DNA of 64,000 nucleotides from Bradymonadales bacterium (GTDB lineage Bacteria; Myxococcota_A; Bradymonadia; JAFGEP01): NCBI GenBank assembly GCA_016931535.1, contig JAFGEP010000110.1, positions 12,459 to 76,458 of the forward strand, read 5' to 3'. Shown piece by piece: positions 56,901 to 64,000 of this stretch (position 1 is its first letter; each line of letters starts with the position of its first letter). The notes under the pieces were generated by a model. It saw only the letters and a program-made list of their open reading frames with translations, ran no database searches and was not told where the DNA came from. The position numbers and the translations under genes were made by a program.

Positions 56901-57134
56901 GAGCGGAAGATTCCAGTGCATCAGCCCCATGTTGCCGGCGACCTCGACGTTCTCGCCCACGCCCTCGAGGGAGCCGGGGCCCTCCGGTAGGCTGACCCGG
57001 TCATCGGAGATGCCCTGCTGGTTCAGCCCCCAGGCTGCCCCGGGAGAGAACATCAGGCACGCAAGTAGGAGGGGCGTTCGACATCTCGATCGTCGAGATG
57101 TCCGAGATCGAAGGTTGCCCAAACTACACCTCAC
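50952..57134 (-). CDS. TcB-TcC fusion: SpvB N-terminus, FG-GAP propeller, YD/RHS repeats, RHS core, C-terminal cargo
   Basis: PELSLTYGSGGSNSVVGMGWSL (SpvB); DMNGDG repeats; RPNLLSRIENGLG (TcdB-midN-like); many YD repeats; GRWLSADP...YAYVANNPVTTFDPLG. Confidence 0.9.
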   Translation of the reverse strand: MRCSLGNLRSRTSRRSRCRTPLLLACLMFSPGAAWGLNQQGISDDRVSLPEGPGSLEGVGENVEVAGNMGLMHWNLPLEVPSYFTGMAPELSLTYGSGGSNSVVGMGWSLDIPAIERSTLYGLPVYDDGDDFVMGSGSLLVRLPGEDDSGALVYRERLEHSFNRYKWHDREAGEGGYWTVEYPDGRVGTFGADSSGEIVPSSRFFGSGGVFRYLLAEMVDVFGHRTVYTYGMYGGAHGGEPVPLIESIEYSFDDGGDPRYRVEFTYEPRQDGDIVDLLSDCKSGVNELLEHRLAAVTVYSFDQQVREYRLTYDDYTSSGGFTRLMEVEQFGAEGDAFPIHFTFQYSQALGGVCAQEGPDCRTPFMVSMGNLSGGVDIRAGNATLIDMNGDAMPDIVDSTLDGAHRIYLSVLEADGSHHFEGPHNSEVGTSGGHRLTSPYVQVLDINGDGFADLVNALSGDVLLNRGGGDWEDDDSAVGISQLPTFDDAGDDSDTEPDHIRFFDYDNDKHIDVIRSLADSTMIYRNCHDCTSPGFVPDDDVSTIGWGFSEHRMQFADMNGDGLLDPVVVFPGFLSYRLNLGWGQWGEQVDVTLDLGVDAANLRFVELEDLNGDGLADASIVLGNKVTYALSRNGTHFLPVRTLTSDDVEGTIPTRTDSIAVLLADMNGNGSTDVVWVDNTDGSVEYLELFPVRPNLLSRIENGLGMVTEITYGTSVQHMARDQGAGRSWLHPLPMPMVVVDRMDTWDELTDVHEVTDYTYHDGFYDGFEKQYRGYEAVEVALEGDESQEEGLTEQQYDVGATDPYYNGLLLHEAISSAGRRIHEETPHYDDCPLTGVPEPSVLEAAGQFAVRYICEVGRTTVFKEGAPESQWLTVDVEYEYDGYGNRILESELGVTAAGDGTCDACDRDASVFGRPCGPSCVGDERYTERAFVDPTDISTDRWMLHNVYRERVYGRPDSNVYSERLTYYDGDPFEGLPLGELTEGRVSLITARVEVGSEEVIAVERNRHDEDGNIVEQIDPNGEVGGQTHRRFWTYDEDGLHVIRTEVLLEDEEGAYRLRRDYQYDLLFRKLIEATSWMIVEGGAPPTQRNSTFFSYDQFGLLASMVLPGGDTLTSPTQALTFELGNPVSRVTIAARSRVGGELDLERIQCFDGRGRLYQERTRVSESEYLVTGFRVFNKRGAERRLYQPYTSTSDACDQTEPTGIRQVTTRYDAAYRAVLQVMPDADQRGEASTVETVYEPLAVLVYDEEDSDGSSPHNNTPTVQRTDGLDRVWAIERTLEAGGEPAVVELTYDELGNLRGYLDAQGNEKVQLYDLLGRVGEVSDPNTGTTTYTYDDAGNLIEEVDARGVVVHTDFDGANRRLQRWDGAERDGTLIEWTYDRAADCAPVDCSFTAGQLAGVAYPLRGLDDPNAVGVERYGYDPRGRQIYDARTLEDFTFETRYALDNMGRLLSTTYPDGREIERRYDDASRLVAVEGFVDEIAYDERGLTATIAFANGTTNQRDYDARMSLSALRTTGPDDAVLLDLTHERDRVGNIVGITDGREVDADEASATASYTYDAWYRLVEGDLDAGRATQETLNYSYDLIENILGRTSSLGAASPEHVGEYEYGAFGPNAVEQAGALAMTYDQAGHETGRGNNDMAWDYLGRLTDVTRGTKTVTRSVYGADEMRVMRLRGDHIAHYLGGDFEVQDGIGVLYVRIPILDLLLRATAGGSRVARIESDRLAAMILTDLAPQGDADGQITVADAWLAHAADQGIVAVEGAHSPVSRLLTSSVRRLLMQDATLHQDHLGSAILATDEDGEALGRTQYYPFGTSRETAGYVDEYGFTGQLADASGLMHFQFRTLDVSVGRWLSADPLYRIATPGAIGRVDELTVGYAYVANNPVTTFDPLGLRNGKEGGGRAVPMKRARVPVAHRVQVGMGPQHGPAPAHAGHAVPMHPAAGPAAQRVQLGVGAPAGPAPAPVGQARPLHPPAGPAAQRVRVGVRPAPAPHAGPQGPHNIALRPQAHARPYAPKLAADIPRVAPQAAQGSIGAMAPQEGGGFISAGNLAARLGINPTP
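51190..51425 (-). repeat. 96-bp (32-aa) imperfect tandem repeats in the RHS C-terminal cargo
   Basis: ACCCG(T/A)TGTGC at 51190, 51286 and 51382, exactly 96 bp apart. Confidence 0.85.
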
Positions 57135-57262
57135 ATTTGCAGGGCTGCCATTTCGTGTCGTATTGATACACCAACTTAAACCGATTCAAGCGCGTCTGTC
57201 CAGCGCGAGCTCACTGTGGGTGTGATCATCGAGCGTTGCAGGATCAACGCAGGCAGATCACA

Positions 57263-57278
57263 CCAGCCCGACCAGGAC
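57263..57278 (+). repeat. Right 16-bp direct repeat CCAGCCCGACCAGGAC
   Basis: Identical copy at 38836-38851. Confidence 0.85.
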
Positions 57279-57390
57279 CGTTAGGGAGCGGGTTTTTTCC
57301 ATTGAAATTGACCATGTTCCCATCTACCCTTCTAGGTAGAGACCAGCATGCTACCGCACCAGAAGCTGAGGATGGTGCAAAGGAGCCGTC

Positions 57391-57906
57391 ATGGGCCAGC
57401 CCGATGCGATAATCGAACTGAAAGGGGAGAATCACCTGCTGCTGGACCTGACCCACGAGGTGGAAAACCTGGTGGAGCTGATGAGAGATCTCTCGGGTCC
57501 ACCCGACGAGGAGATCATCGATGACCTCCTGGATGCCACCAACTTGCTGAACGTCCGGATGCGGGCCCTTTTCGAGGAGGAGGAGCGGCTGATCTACCCT
57601 GCGGTGCGCGCCTGCCTGGGGAACCAAGGGAAGTTGCTCAAGAGCTGTCTGGCCGAGCACAACGATCTCAAGCTTTCCTTGACCACTCTGGCCAAGGTCA
57701 CCGACCAGCTCGAGCTGCAATGGAAGCCCTCCTACATCGAGCAGATCTGGGCCGTCGTGGATCACATCGCCGAGGTCTACGAACAGCACATCGAGTGTGA
57801 GAAGCCGCTCTTCGATCGGATCGCCGGACAGCTGACCCTGATGGAGCACAGAGACCTGGTCACCAGCCTCAGGCGGCGTCGGACCTTGCGCATGCCCGCC
57901 TCCTGA
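57391..57906 (+). CDS. Hemerythrin/HHE cation-binding domain protein (degenerate)
   Basis: Four-helix pattern: EEEERLIYP, EHNDL, HIECEKPLF. Confidence 0.7.
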   Translation: MGQPDAIIELKGENHLLLDLTHEVENLVELMRDLSGPPDEEIIDDLLDATNLLNVRMRALFEEEERLIYPAVRACLGNQGKLLKSCLAEHNDLKLSLTTLAKVTDQLELQWKPSYIEQIWAVVDHIAEVYEQHIECEKPLFDRIAGQLTLMEHRDLVTSLRRRRTLRMPAS

Positions 57907-57952
57907 TCGCCAGAGGGGCTCGCCCTTTCCACCATTCCTCAATCGCTTCTCC

Positions 57953-59617
57953 ATGCAACCAACCAACCCCCACGCCAGCGAGGAAGATGCGGACCCTGGG
58001 CCATTTACGGCGCTGGAGCAGGTGCTCGATGGGAAGGAGCTTCCGCCGAAAACGAGAAGGGACCCGCTGGAACGGCTGGCAGGGCGACTGCACCGAGGGG
58101 AGATCTCCTGCCAGGAGTTCGTCGAGTGGGCAGATCTGCGGCTCACTGGGGGCAAGTCCGAGAAGAGGACCAAGGCGAGCGGTCGGATGGGTGAGGGGAG
58201 GCGCGAGGCCGGGGCGCATGCGACCCCCTGGTCGCTGGCCTGCTGGATTGCCGACCAGGTGGTGGGGGCCGGTGGGTCGGTCCTCGACCCCGCTTGCGGA
58301 TGTGGCCACCTCCTGGTGGCCGCGGCCCTGACCGGTCGGGTCGGGAGTGATGCCGGATCCTATCATGGTTGGGATATCTGTCCCCAGCGTGTGGCTGCCG
58401 CCCGAATCGGCCTGTGGCTGGCCACCGGCAGGAGGGGGTGCATCGGCGATTTCTGCCAGGTCCGGGTGGTCGATGCGTTGCTGGACGCGCCGGAGGTGCG
58501 GGTGGGGGGGATCGTGGCCAACCCGCCTTTTGTCAGCATCCGGGCGCTCACGCGGAGCCGGGGGAGGGGATACGTGCAGTCGTTGCGCACTGCTTACCCG
58601 GGGCTGACGGGCAACTTCGATCTCTATCTCCCTTTTCTGTTGCGTTTTCGGGAGTGGCTCGAGAAAGGAGGGCGATACGCCAGCATCATTCCGGCCTCCT
58701 TCTGGAGCAGCCAGTATTCCCGCCGCGCCCGTGAGGAGCTCTGGCCGAACCTGCGCGCGGTTTTTCGGCTCTCCGATCGCTCCGTCTTTCCAGGTGCCTC
58801 TGTCAGCCCAGAGATCATCGTCGGCCAGGCGGGGGGCGATCGGCTGCTCTGTAGCCCGAAGGTATTTCGGCTCATCCCTTCGGATCAGGGGTATCGATCG
58901 GAGTTGGCCGAGGGCACCGTCCATGCGTTTGGGCCGCCAGCGGCGAGCCACAAGAGCGCCTCGGGGTCCCATTTGGCGACGGCGTTGGGGGAGGTTGCCG
59001 AGGTGCAGGCGGGGACTCCAGGCTACCAGGCCCGGACCATCTCCCAGGCCTTGATGGAAAGTGGGTCGTCGGCCAACGAACCCGATACCCTGCCCTTCGT
59101 GGTGTCGGGATGTATCGATCCCTACCGGTTGCGCGCCGTCCCATTGAGGTTCATGGGGAGACGTTGGACCAGCCCGGTGCTGCCGTTGCGGGTGCTGACA
59201 GCAGGGAAACGAGAGCTGTACGAGTCCCCCAAGGTCCTGGTAGCCGGAGTCAGCCGAGGTCTGGAAGCGGCCTTCGATGATCGGGGCAGGGCCCTGGGGG
59301 TCAGCATCTACGCCATCCGCTCGCCGCTGGTGCGATGGGAGTGCCTGCTCGCCTTGCTGAACAGCCCAGCGATGGCCTGCTGGTACCGACGTCGATTTGC
59401 CGGCAAGGAGCTGAGTGGGGGGTACTTCGGTGTGAACCGCTCCAGCCTGGTGGAGATCCCCATCCCCGACGCCTGGCTTGCCAACCCGGAGGCGACCGAG
59501 GAGGTCTCCCACCTGGTTCGACAACGCTGCCTTGTGGAAAGCGGCCCGCAAGTCGCCGATCTGGACCGGCAGATCGCCGGGATCGTGGAAGATCTGCTGG
59601 GTTCTGTTTTATTGTGA
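57953..59617 (+). CDS. N6-adenine DNA methyltransferase (TaqI/Eco57I-like, gamma class)
   Basis: Motif I VLDPACGCGHLL, motif IV NPPF, FDLYLPF, and a TaqI_C-like TRD (PKVLVAG). Confidence 0.88.
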   Translation: MQPTNPHASEEDADPGPFTALEQVLDGKELPPKTRRDPLERLAGRLHRGEISCQEFVEWADLRLTGGKSEKRTKASGRMGEGRREAGAHATPWSLACWIADQVVGAGGSVLDPACGCGHLLVAAALTGRVGSDAGSYHGWDICPQRVAAARIGLWLATGRRGCIGDFCQVRVVDALLDAPEVRVGGIVANPPFVSIRALTRSRGRGYVQSLRTAYPGLTGNFDLYLPFLLRFREWLEKGGRYASIIPASFWSSQYSRRAREELWPNLRAVFRLSDRSVFPGASVSPEIIVGQAGGDRLLCSPKVFRLIPSDQGYRSELAEGTVHAFGPPAASHKSASGSHLATALGEVAEVQAGTPGYQARTISQALMESGSSANEPDTLPFVVSGCIDPYRLRAVPLRFMGRRWTSPVLPLRVLTAGKRELYESPKVLVAGVSRGLEAAFDDRGRALGVSIYAIRSPLVRWECLLALLNSPAMACWYRRRFAGKELSGGYFGVNRSSLVEIPIPDAWLANPEATEEVSHLVRQRCLVESGPQVADLDRQIAGIVEDLLGSVLL

Positions 59618-59785
59618 ACGAACGGCATGGGGTGGGAAACGCGGGTCCGAGGTCCATCCATGCCGTCTGGGTGCCACAGTCGGGCAGACGGCAGTCGGTT
59701 TTCTGACCACACCAAGGTCGACGTCCGTCTGGACGGTCTGGCCTGGGCGACTCGACCGCCACGACAGGTACCCGAGGTGAGGCTC

Positions 59786-60424
59786 ATGGGGCGGTGCAAA
59801 CGGACAACCAGCTCAGCCAGGGCGGTGGGGATCTGCGGTTTTCTGACGGTCGTTCTCGCCCTGCCCGCCGCGGTACGAGCCGACCGATGCGAGGCGCTGG
59901 GGGTAGGCGACCGGGACCGGGAGGAGATCGAGCGGCTGGTCTCCCGGATGACCACCACCATCGACATCGGGGTGCTGATCGCGGGGGGGGTGCTCTTTGG
60001 GATGGATCCGGTGGGATCCGAGCTGGAGGGGGTATTCCACCTGGCTGTGACCGGTGGGATGACCTATGCCATCGGGATGGACATCGACCGCTACTGCTCG
60101 GATCCGGAGGCGCCGCTGCCCGCCGGTCTGGGTTGGCAGCTTTTGGTGGCCTCCAACGATTTCACCGACCTGGAGCTGGGAGCGCTGGTGCGCTATCACG
60201 GGGAGCTGAACCTGGCGAGCCCCGATCTGCTGCTGGAGCTGGGCGGGTTGTACCGGTTGGCCGAAGGCGACCGGGATGCGCCCGGCGTGTTGGTGTCGGT
60301 GGGGTATGGGACCCAGGTGATCGGGGTGCTGGCGCAGGGCCAGCTCCTATTCGACGAGTCGTTCACCACCCTCGTCGTGGCTGGAGTGAGGCTGGACTGG
60401 TACCTCTTCCGCCTGCTTTTCTGA
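59786..60424 (+). CDS. Exported hypothetical protein, possible small beta-barrel
   Basis: Signal peptide ending AVRA; amphipathic strands; aromatic C-terminus. Confidence 0.6.
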   Translation: MGRCKRTTSSARAVGICGFLTVVLALPAAVRADRCEALGVGDRDREEIERLVSRMTTTIDIGVLIAGGVLFGMDPVGSELEGVFHLAVTGGMTYAIGMDIDRYCSDPEAPLPAGLGWQLLVASNDFTDLELGALVRYHGELNLASPDLLLELGGLYRLAEGDRDAPGVLVSVGYGTQVIGVLAQGQLLFDESFTTLVVAGVRLDWYLFRLLF

Positions 60425-61054
60425 GGGCATTTGCGCCTGCCGCCAGAGAGCCATCACCGTCCGGACCAGGGGATGGTCGCGCCAGCCGGCGGTGGAAGCG
60501 GGTCTGGGGGGCACCCACGGTCGTCTTGAAGAGGGTCGTTCTTCCCAGGCATCGGCGATGCTCAGGACCAGGGTGCGGTCCTCTCCGTACAACACCAGCT
60601 CGGGCCGGCCCCCCAGCCATCTGCGGCCCGTCCGGGCCTCGATCTCCTGGATGGAAGACCAGCTCATCGTCACCCTTCGGCCGAGCAGACCGAAGGGGAA
60701 CCGCGCCTTTCTCGTCAACTCCAGTCCGTCCGGGTCGAGCTGGAGGTGGATTCCGGAGCGATAGTACAGGTAGAAGGCGCCGTAGAGCCCCAGGATGAGA
60801 GCCAGCAGCACGGTCATTCCGGCCAGCAGGCGGATATTGGGGTAGAGCGAGAAGAGGTCTGACAGGCTGAGGTTCCAGGCCACAGCCCGCCTGCGAACGC
60901 CGAGCAGGGTGATGACCGCCAACGCGGGCCCTGCCATCATGCCGGCCAGGATGACCACCCGCTCGGCGGGGAAGCAGGCGAAGGAAAAGACGGTTGGCGG
61001 TGTCAAGGCCGCCAACCGTTCAGGGTTCGAGCAGCAGCGCCAGGAGCTCATCAC
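60347..61054 (-). CDS. Hypothetical membrane protein (bacterial PH-like)
   Basis: TM segments followed by LQLDPDGLEL...WSSIQEI. Start uncertain. Confidence 0.55.
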   Translation of the reverse strand: MMSSWRCCSNPERLAALTPPTVFSFACFPAERVVILAGMMAGPALAVITLLGVRRRAVAWNLSLSDLFSLYPNIRLLAGMTVLLALILGLYGAFYLYYRSGIHLQLDPDGLELTRKARFPFGLLGRRVTMSWSSIQEIEARTGRRWLGGRPELVLYGEDRTLVLSIADAWEERPSSRRPWVPPRPASTAGWRDHPLVRTVMALWRQAQMPSEKQAEEVPVQPHSSHDEGGERLVE

Positions 61055-62441
61055 AGCTGTGCTCCCCGGGAAACAGGACGGACTGGATCTCGGGCGCGCT
61101 CATCACCCGGATCCAGGTGGTCATGTGTTGAACGAACAGGTCGGTCGGCCCGTTTACCAGGGTGTCAACGGGGCATGACCAGCGGGCCGCCATCACCCCC
61201 ATGCACAGGACCACGACCCCTGCCCTCACGCTGCCGAAGACCATGGTTCCGCGGGAGAACAGGTGGTTTCTGAGCGAGAAGAGGACGAACTGCAGGCTTT
61301 TTGGGGGGATGTCGTTCCAGGGAGCAAGAACCTGGCGGTCCAGGGAGCCGACCTGGAGTACCAGGCTTCTCAGGTTGCTTCCGAATCGGCTCAAGGGCCG
61401 ATCGTCCTCGGTATCGAAGCAGCTTGCCAGGACCTCCTGCAGCAGCTCGGCCACCCGCTGTCCGAATCGGGCCTGTGCCGGCGGGCTGGGCAGGCGCGCT
61501 TCGAGCGGTGCGGTGGGAGGTGAGGGGCCATCCGGGTGGGGGGCTGGTTGATGGGGAGCCCTCAACACCCGGTCCGCCAGGGCACCCATCACCGAGGCCA
61601 GGCTCAGATCCTCCGCTTGGAGCAGGGCGAGGAGAGCCTGCTCGTGGTCCAGGTTCTCCAGGAAGGTGGCGGTGGGAACCAGCGACTCCGAGTGGTTGGG
61701 GTCGAGCCCCTGGATCAGCGCTGGCGGGCGCCAAACCCCCCACTGCTGCATCAGCTCTTGGGGTGTGATGACGGCTGCCTCCTGGTAGCTGCGATGGGCC
61801 AGGTAGCAGCGGGGGGAGAGGGTGAGGCGGGTGCCGCTTTCCGTGCGGATCATCCGCAGGGGGAACATCCGGCAGGGCAACGGCTTGCTATGGGGTCCCC
61901 AGCGTTGATGAAGGCGGCAGAGCCGGTCGGGGGAGAGGAAGATACAGGCTCCGCCGGGGAAGTTGAGCACCCGCTGGCCTTTCCCCTCGTAGCTGACCTC
62001 CACCGTGGCCGGACCCTCGGGAATATCGGGGTGGTCGACTCTTAGCTGGTCGATCTGTTGGTCCAGCTTTTCCTCCTCTTCCTCGGTGATCGGGCCCACC
62101 AGGTGGCCTTCGCAGGATCGGCCGCAGCGCAGGCAACGATGGCGGATGGGGGCGATGGTGGCAAAGTGGTGCTGTACCTCGGCGATGCCGGCTGCCTCGA
62201 ACAGCCGGACCATCTCGATCATACCTGCGGGGTCGGGCAGCTTGGCGCCCAGCCTCGTGATTGCGCGGTGGATCTCCTGCAGGGTCCTCTTGCCGTCCAT
62301 CAGCAGCAAGACCGGCAGCGTACGGGCCGGAACGATGGAGCCGGCCCCCCGGTGAGAGGGGGTCAGCCGATAACGCAGACCGTCCGGCGCATCGACAGGT
62401 CTGATGGACACGCCGGCCGCGATTCGGGGTATCGCCAGCAT
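61020..62441 (-). CDS. YkgJ/FliB-type Cys-cluster (Fe-S) protein with an N-terminal PqqD/RRE-like domain, paralog 1
   Basis: LLLMDGKRTLQEI; CLRCGRSC; CIFL..LCRLH..KPLPCRMFP; SPRC. Confidence 0.78.
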   Translation of the reverse strand: MLAIPRIAAGVSIRPVDAPDGLRYRLTPSHRGAGSIVPARTLPVLLLMDGKRTLQEIHRAITRLGAKLPDPAGMIEMVRLFEAAGIAEVQHHFATIAPIRHRCLRCGRSCEGHLVGPITEEEEEKLDQQIDQLRVDHPDIPEGPATVEVSYEGKGQRVLNFPGGACIFLSPDRLCRLHQRWGPHSKPLPCRMFPLRMIRTESGTRLTLSPRCYLAHRSYQEAAVITPQELMQQWGVWRPPALIQGLDPNHSESLVPTATFLENLDHEQALLALLQAEDLSLASVMGALADRVLRAPHQPAPHPDGPSPPTAPLEARLPSPPAQARFGQRVAELLQEVLASCFDTEDDRPLSRFGSNLRSLVLQVGSLDRQVLAPWNDIPPKSLQFVLFSLRNHLFSRGTMVFGSVRAGVVVLCMGVMAARWSCPVDTLVNGPTDLFVQHMTTWIRVMSAPEIQSVLFPGEHSCDELLALLLEP

Positions 62442-62444
62442 GGA

Positions 62445-63803
62445 CTACTCTCCCAGAAGGCCTCGGAACACCTGGTAATCGTCGGCGTCATCGAAGAGGA
62501 ACTGGTAGGAACGGGCGACGTTGATCATGCGATACCAGTAGGCCATCCGCCGGCCCAGCTCGTCATGCACCCGGTCGCCATCGGTCCACTCGGGGGTGGT
62601 CCACAGCGCGCCGATGAGGCCGATCAATGCGACCTGGATGCCGGTCTCCACCTGGGGAAAACGGCTGGTCTCGCGCAGGTAGACAAACTGACTCAGGCTG
62701 AACAGGAGGTAGGCGCGGACCGGATCGACCGGCTCGATCCAGGGCGCGGGTGGCTCCGGCAGGCGGGCGAGATCGGCGATGAACCGCCGCACATGCTGTC
62801 CATAGCGGCTGGTCGGCAGATCCAGGGGGCTATGCCGATATCGCTCGGGAAATCGGCGCAGCCGCCTCGAGACCTCGGCCAGGTAGGCTGAGGGTAGCGG
62901 ACGCCCGCTTTGGAGTGTTCCGGTGGAGCTGTTGATGAGATCGGTGAAGGAGAGGCCCTCGATCGCCACCAGCGACAGGAAGTACGACTCCTGCTGCAGG
63001 TTGTTCTCAAATATCGGGGTGGCCCGCAGGGAGCGGACGCGCGAGGGGTCCAGCCCCACGATGGCTCCCGGGGGTCGCCGCACGCCGACCGATTCGAAAA
63101 ACTCGGGCAGAGAGAGCGGCTCGGCCGTCTGGAAGGAGCGATGGGTCATGGTGCACTGGGGCGAGATACCGACCCGAAAGCCGGCCTCGGTCTGCAGGAC
63201 CCGCACGGGAAAGAGCTGGCAGATGAGCGGTTTGGACCGCAGCCCGTAGTGGCGGTGGACGGCGCAGAGCCTGTCCTTGCCGAAGAAGACGCAGTGACCC
63301 GGGAGGAAGTTGATGGCCAGCACCGGCTCCTGTTCGTCCTGGACCTCCATGGTGGCCAGCCCATCGACCAGGTCGGGCTCCAGCTGCTTGAGCGCCTCCC
63401 GCTGCTCATGGAGCCTTTTCGCCTCGGACAAAGACAGGGGGCCGACCAGGTGCCCTTCGCAGCACTCGCCGCACTCTCCCCCGTAACAGATGTGCCGGAG
63501 CGGCAGGAAGGACTCCACGTGCCATCGCATCGCCACGGCGTTGATCCGCTCCAGAGCCTGGAAGATCAGCAGGACATCGGCGGGGTCTTGCATGGAAAAG
63601 CCGAGATCGACCAGCCTGTCGTAGATGTCGCCCATGGTCCTCCTACCGTCGGCCAGCAGGACCACGACCAGCATCCCGGGGTTGAAGTTGCCGGACAGGC
63701 TGCGAGGGGGCGGCCCGGTGAGGGTATAGGCCAAGGCCCCCGCCTCATCGATCGTCCAGCTCACTGTCGTCCGGCCACGGGGTATCGAAGGTGTAGATTC
63801 CAT
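62445..63803 (-). CDS. YkgJ/FliB-type Cys-cluster (Fe-S) protein with an N-terminal PqqD/RRE-like domain, paralog 2
   Basis: LLADGRRTMGDI; CYGGECGECC; CVFF..LCAVH..KPLICQLFP; SPQC. Confidence 0.8.
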   Translation of the reverse strand: MESTPSIPRGRTTVSWTIDEAGALAYTLTGPPPRSLSGNFNPGMLVVVLLADGRRTMGDIYDRLVDLGFSMQDPADVLLIFQALERINAVAMRWHVESFLPLRHICYGGECGECCEGHLVGPLSLSEAKRLHEQREALKQLEPDLVDGLATMEVQDEQEPVLAINFLPGHCVFFGKDRLCAVHRHYGLRSKPLICQLFPVRVLQTEAGFRVGISPQCTMTHRSFQTAEPLSLPEFFESVGVRRPPGAIVGLDPSRVRSLRATPIFENNLQQESYFLSLVAIEGLSFTDLINSSTGTLQSGRPLPSAYLAEVSRRLRRFPERYRHSPLDLPTSRYGQHVRRFIADLARLPEPPAPWIEPVDPVRAYLLFSLSQFVYLRETSRFPQVETGIQVALIGLIGALWTTPEWTDGDRVHDELGRRMAYWYRMINVARSYQFLFDDADDYQVFRGLLGE

Positions 63804-63862
63804 GGCTGCGCAATATACCAGGAGGATCCTGCGATCGCCAGGGTAGCCCGACGCGCCGGCCT

Positions 63863-64000
63863 TCAAGGTGTAGGGGCAAGGGTGGCTTCCACCTCGACGA
63901 GGGTGCGCATCAGCGCCTCCTTGACCGGCTCCGGCCGGGGAATGGCCAGCCGCTTGCGAAGAGCGTCGAGCTGGCGGGTTACCCGCTCAAGATCGGGGCG
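63863..64000 (-). CDS. 3' end of an unidentified gene entering from the right edge
   Basis: Open frame RPDLERVTRQLDALRKRLAIPRPEPVKEALMRTLVEVEATLAPTP* with GC-biased codons. Confidence 0.55.
   Translation of the reverse strand, partial: RPDLERVTRQLDALRKRLAIPRPEPVKEALMRTLVEVEATLAPTP

Noticed and set aside
51018-56990. Several long plus-strand ORFs (e.g. 634, 421, 586 aa) as immunity or accessory genes
   Set aside because: All lie antisense within the RHS gene and show shadow-type composition.

Overview
GC-rich bacterial window. The gene content (membrane Ser/Thr kinase, many Cys-rich lipoproteins) suggests Myxococcota/deltaproteobacteria, which is an inference. Left to right it holds: a partial DUF4011 SF1 helicase; a Wzx/Wzy polysaccharide cluster with a divergent TPR/beta-barrel gene; an HTH regulator plus lipoprotein operon; a stand-alone tRNA-Ile/tRNA-Ala pair with a decayed mobile-element scar; and envelope/housekeeping genes (K+ channel, beta-propeller lipoprotein, rlpA, slt, pepP, TPR, Lol-fold protein, VKOR-DsbA, Ser/Thr kinase). 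The main finding is an ~18.4-kb cassette (38836-57278) bounded by a perfect 16-bp direct repeat, with no integrase inside. It encodes an atypical Tc (ABC)-toxin-like system in which every component has an export signal: a lipoprotein TcA-like protein, two Cys-rich lipoproteins, a phage-tail-fibre-like protein and a TcB-TcC (SpvB/FG-GAP/RHS) fusion whose predicted cargo is a Pro/Ala/Gly-rich 32-aa repeat rather than an enzyme. The right end holds a degenerate hemerythrin, an orphan m6A methyltransferase and two tandem PqqD/RRE-like + FliB/YkgJ Fe-S proteins. All family calls come from motif recognition by eye; no database searches were run.
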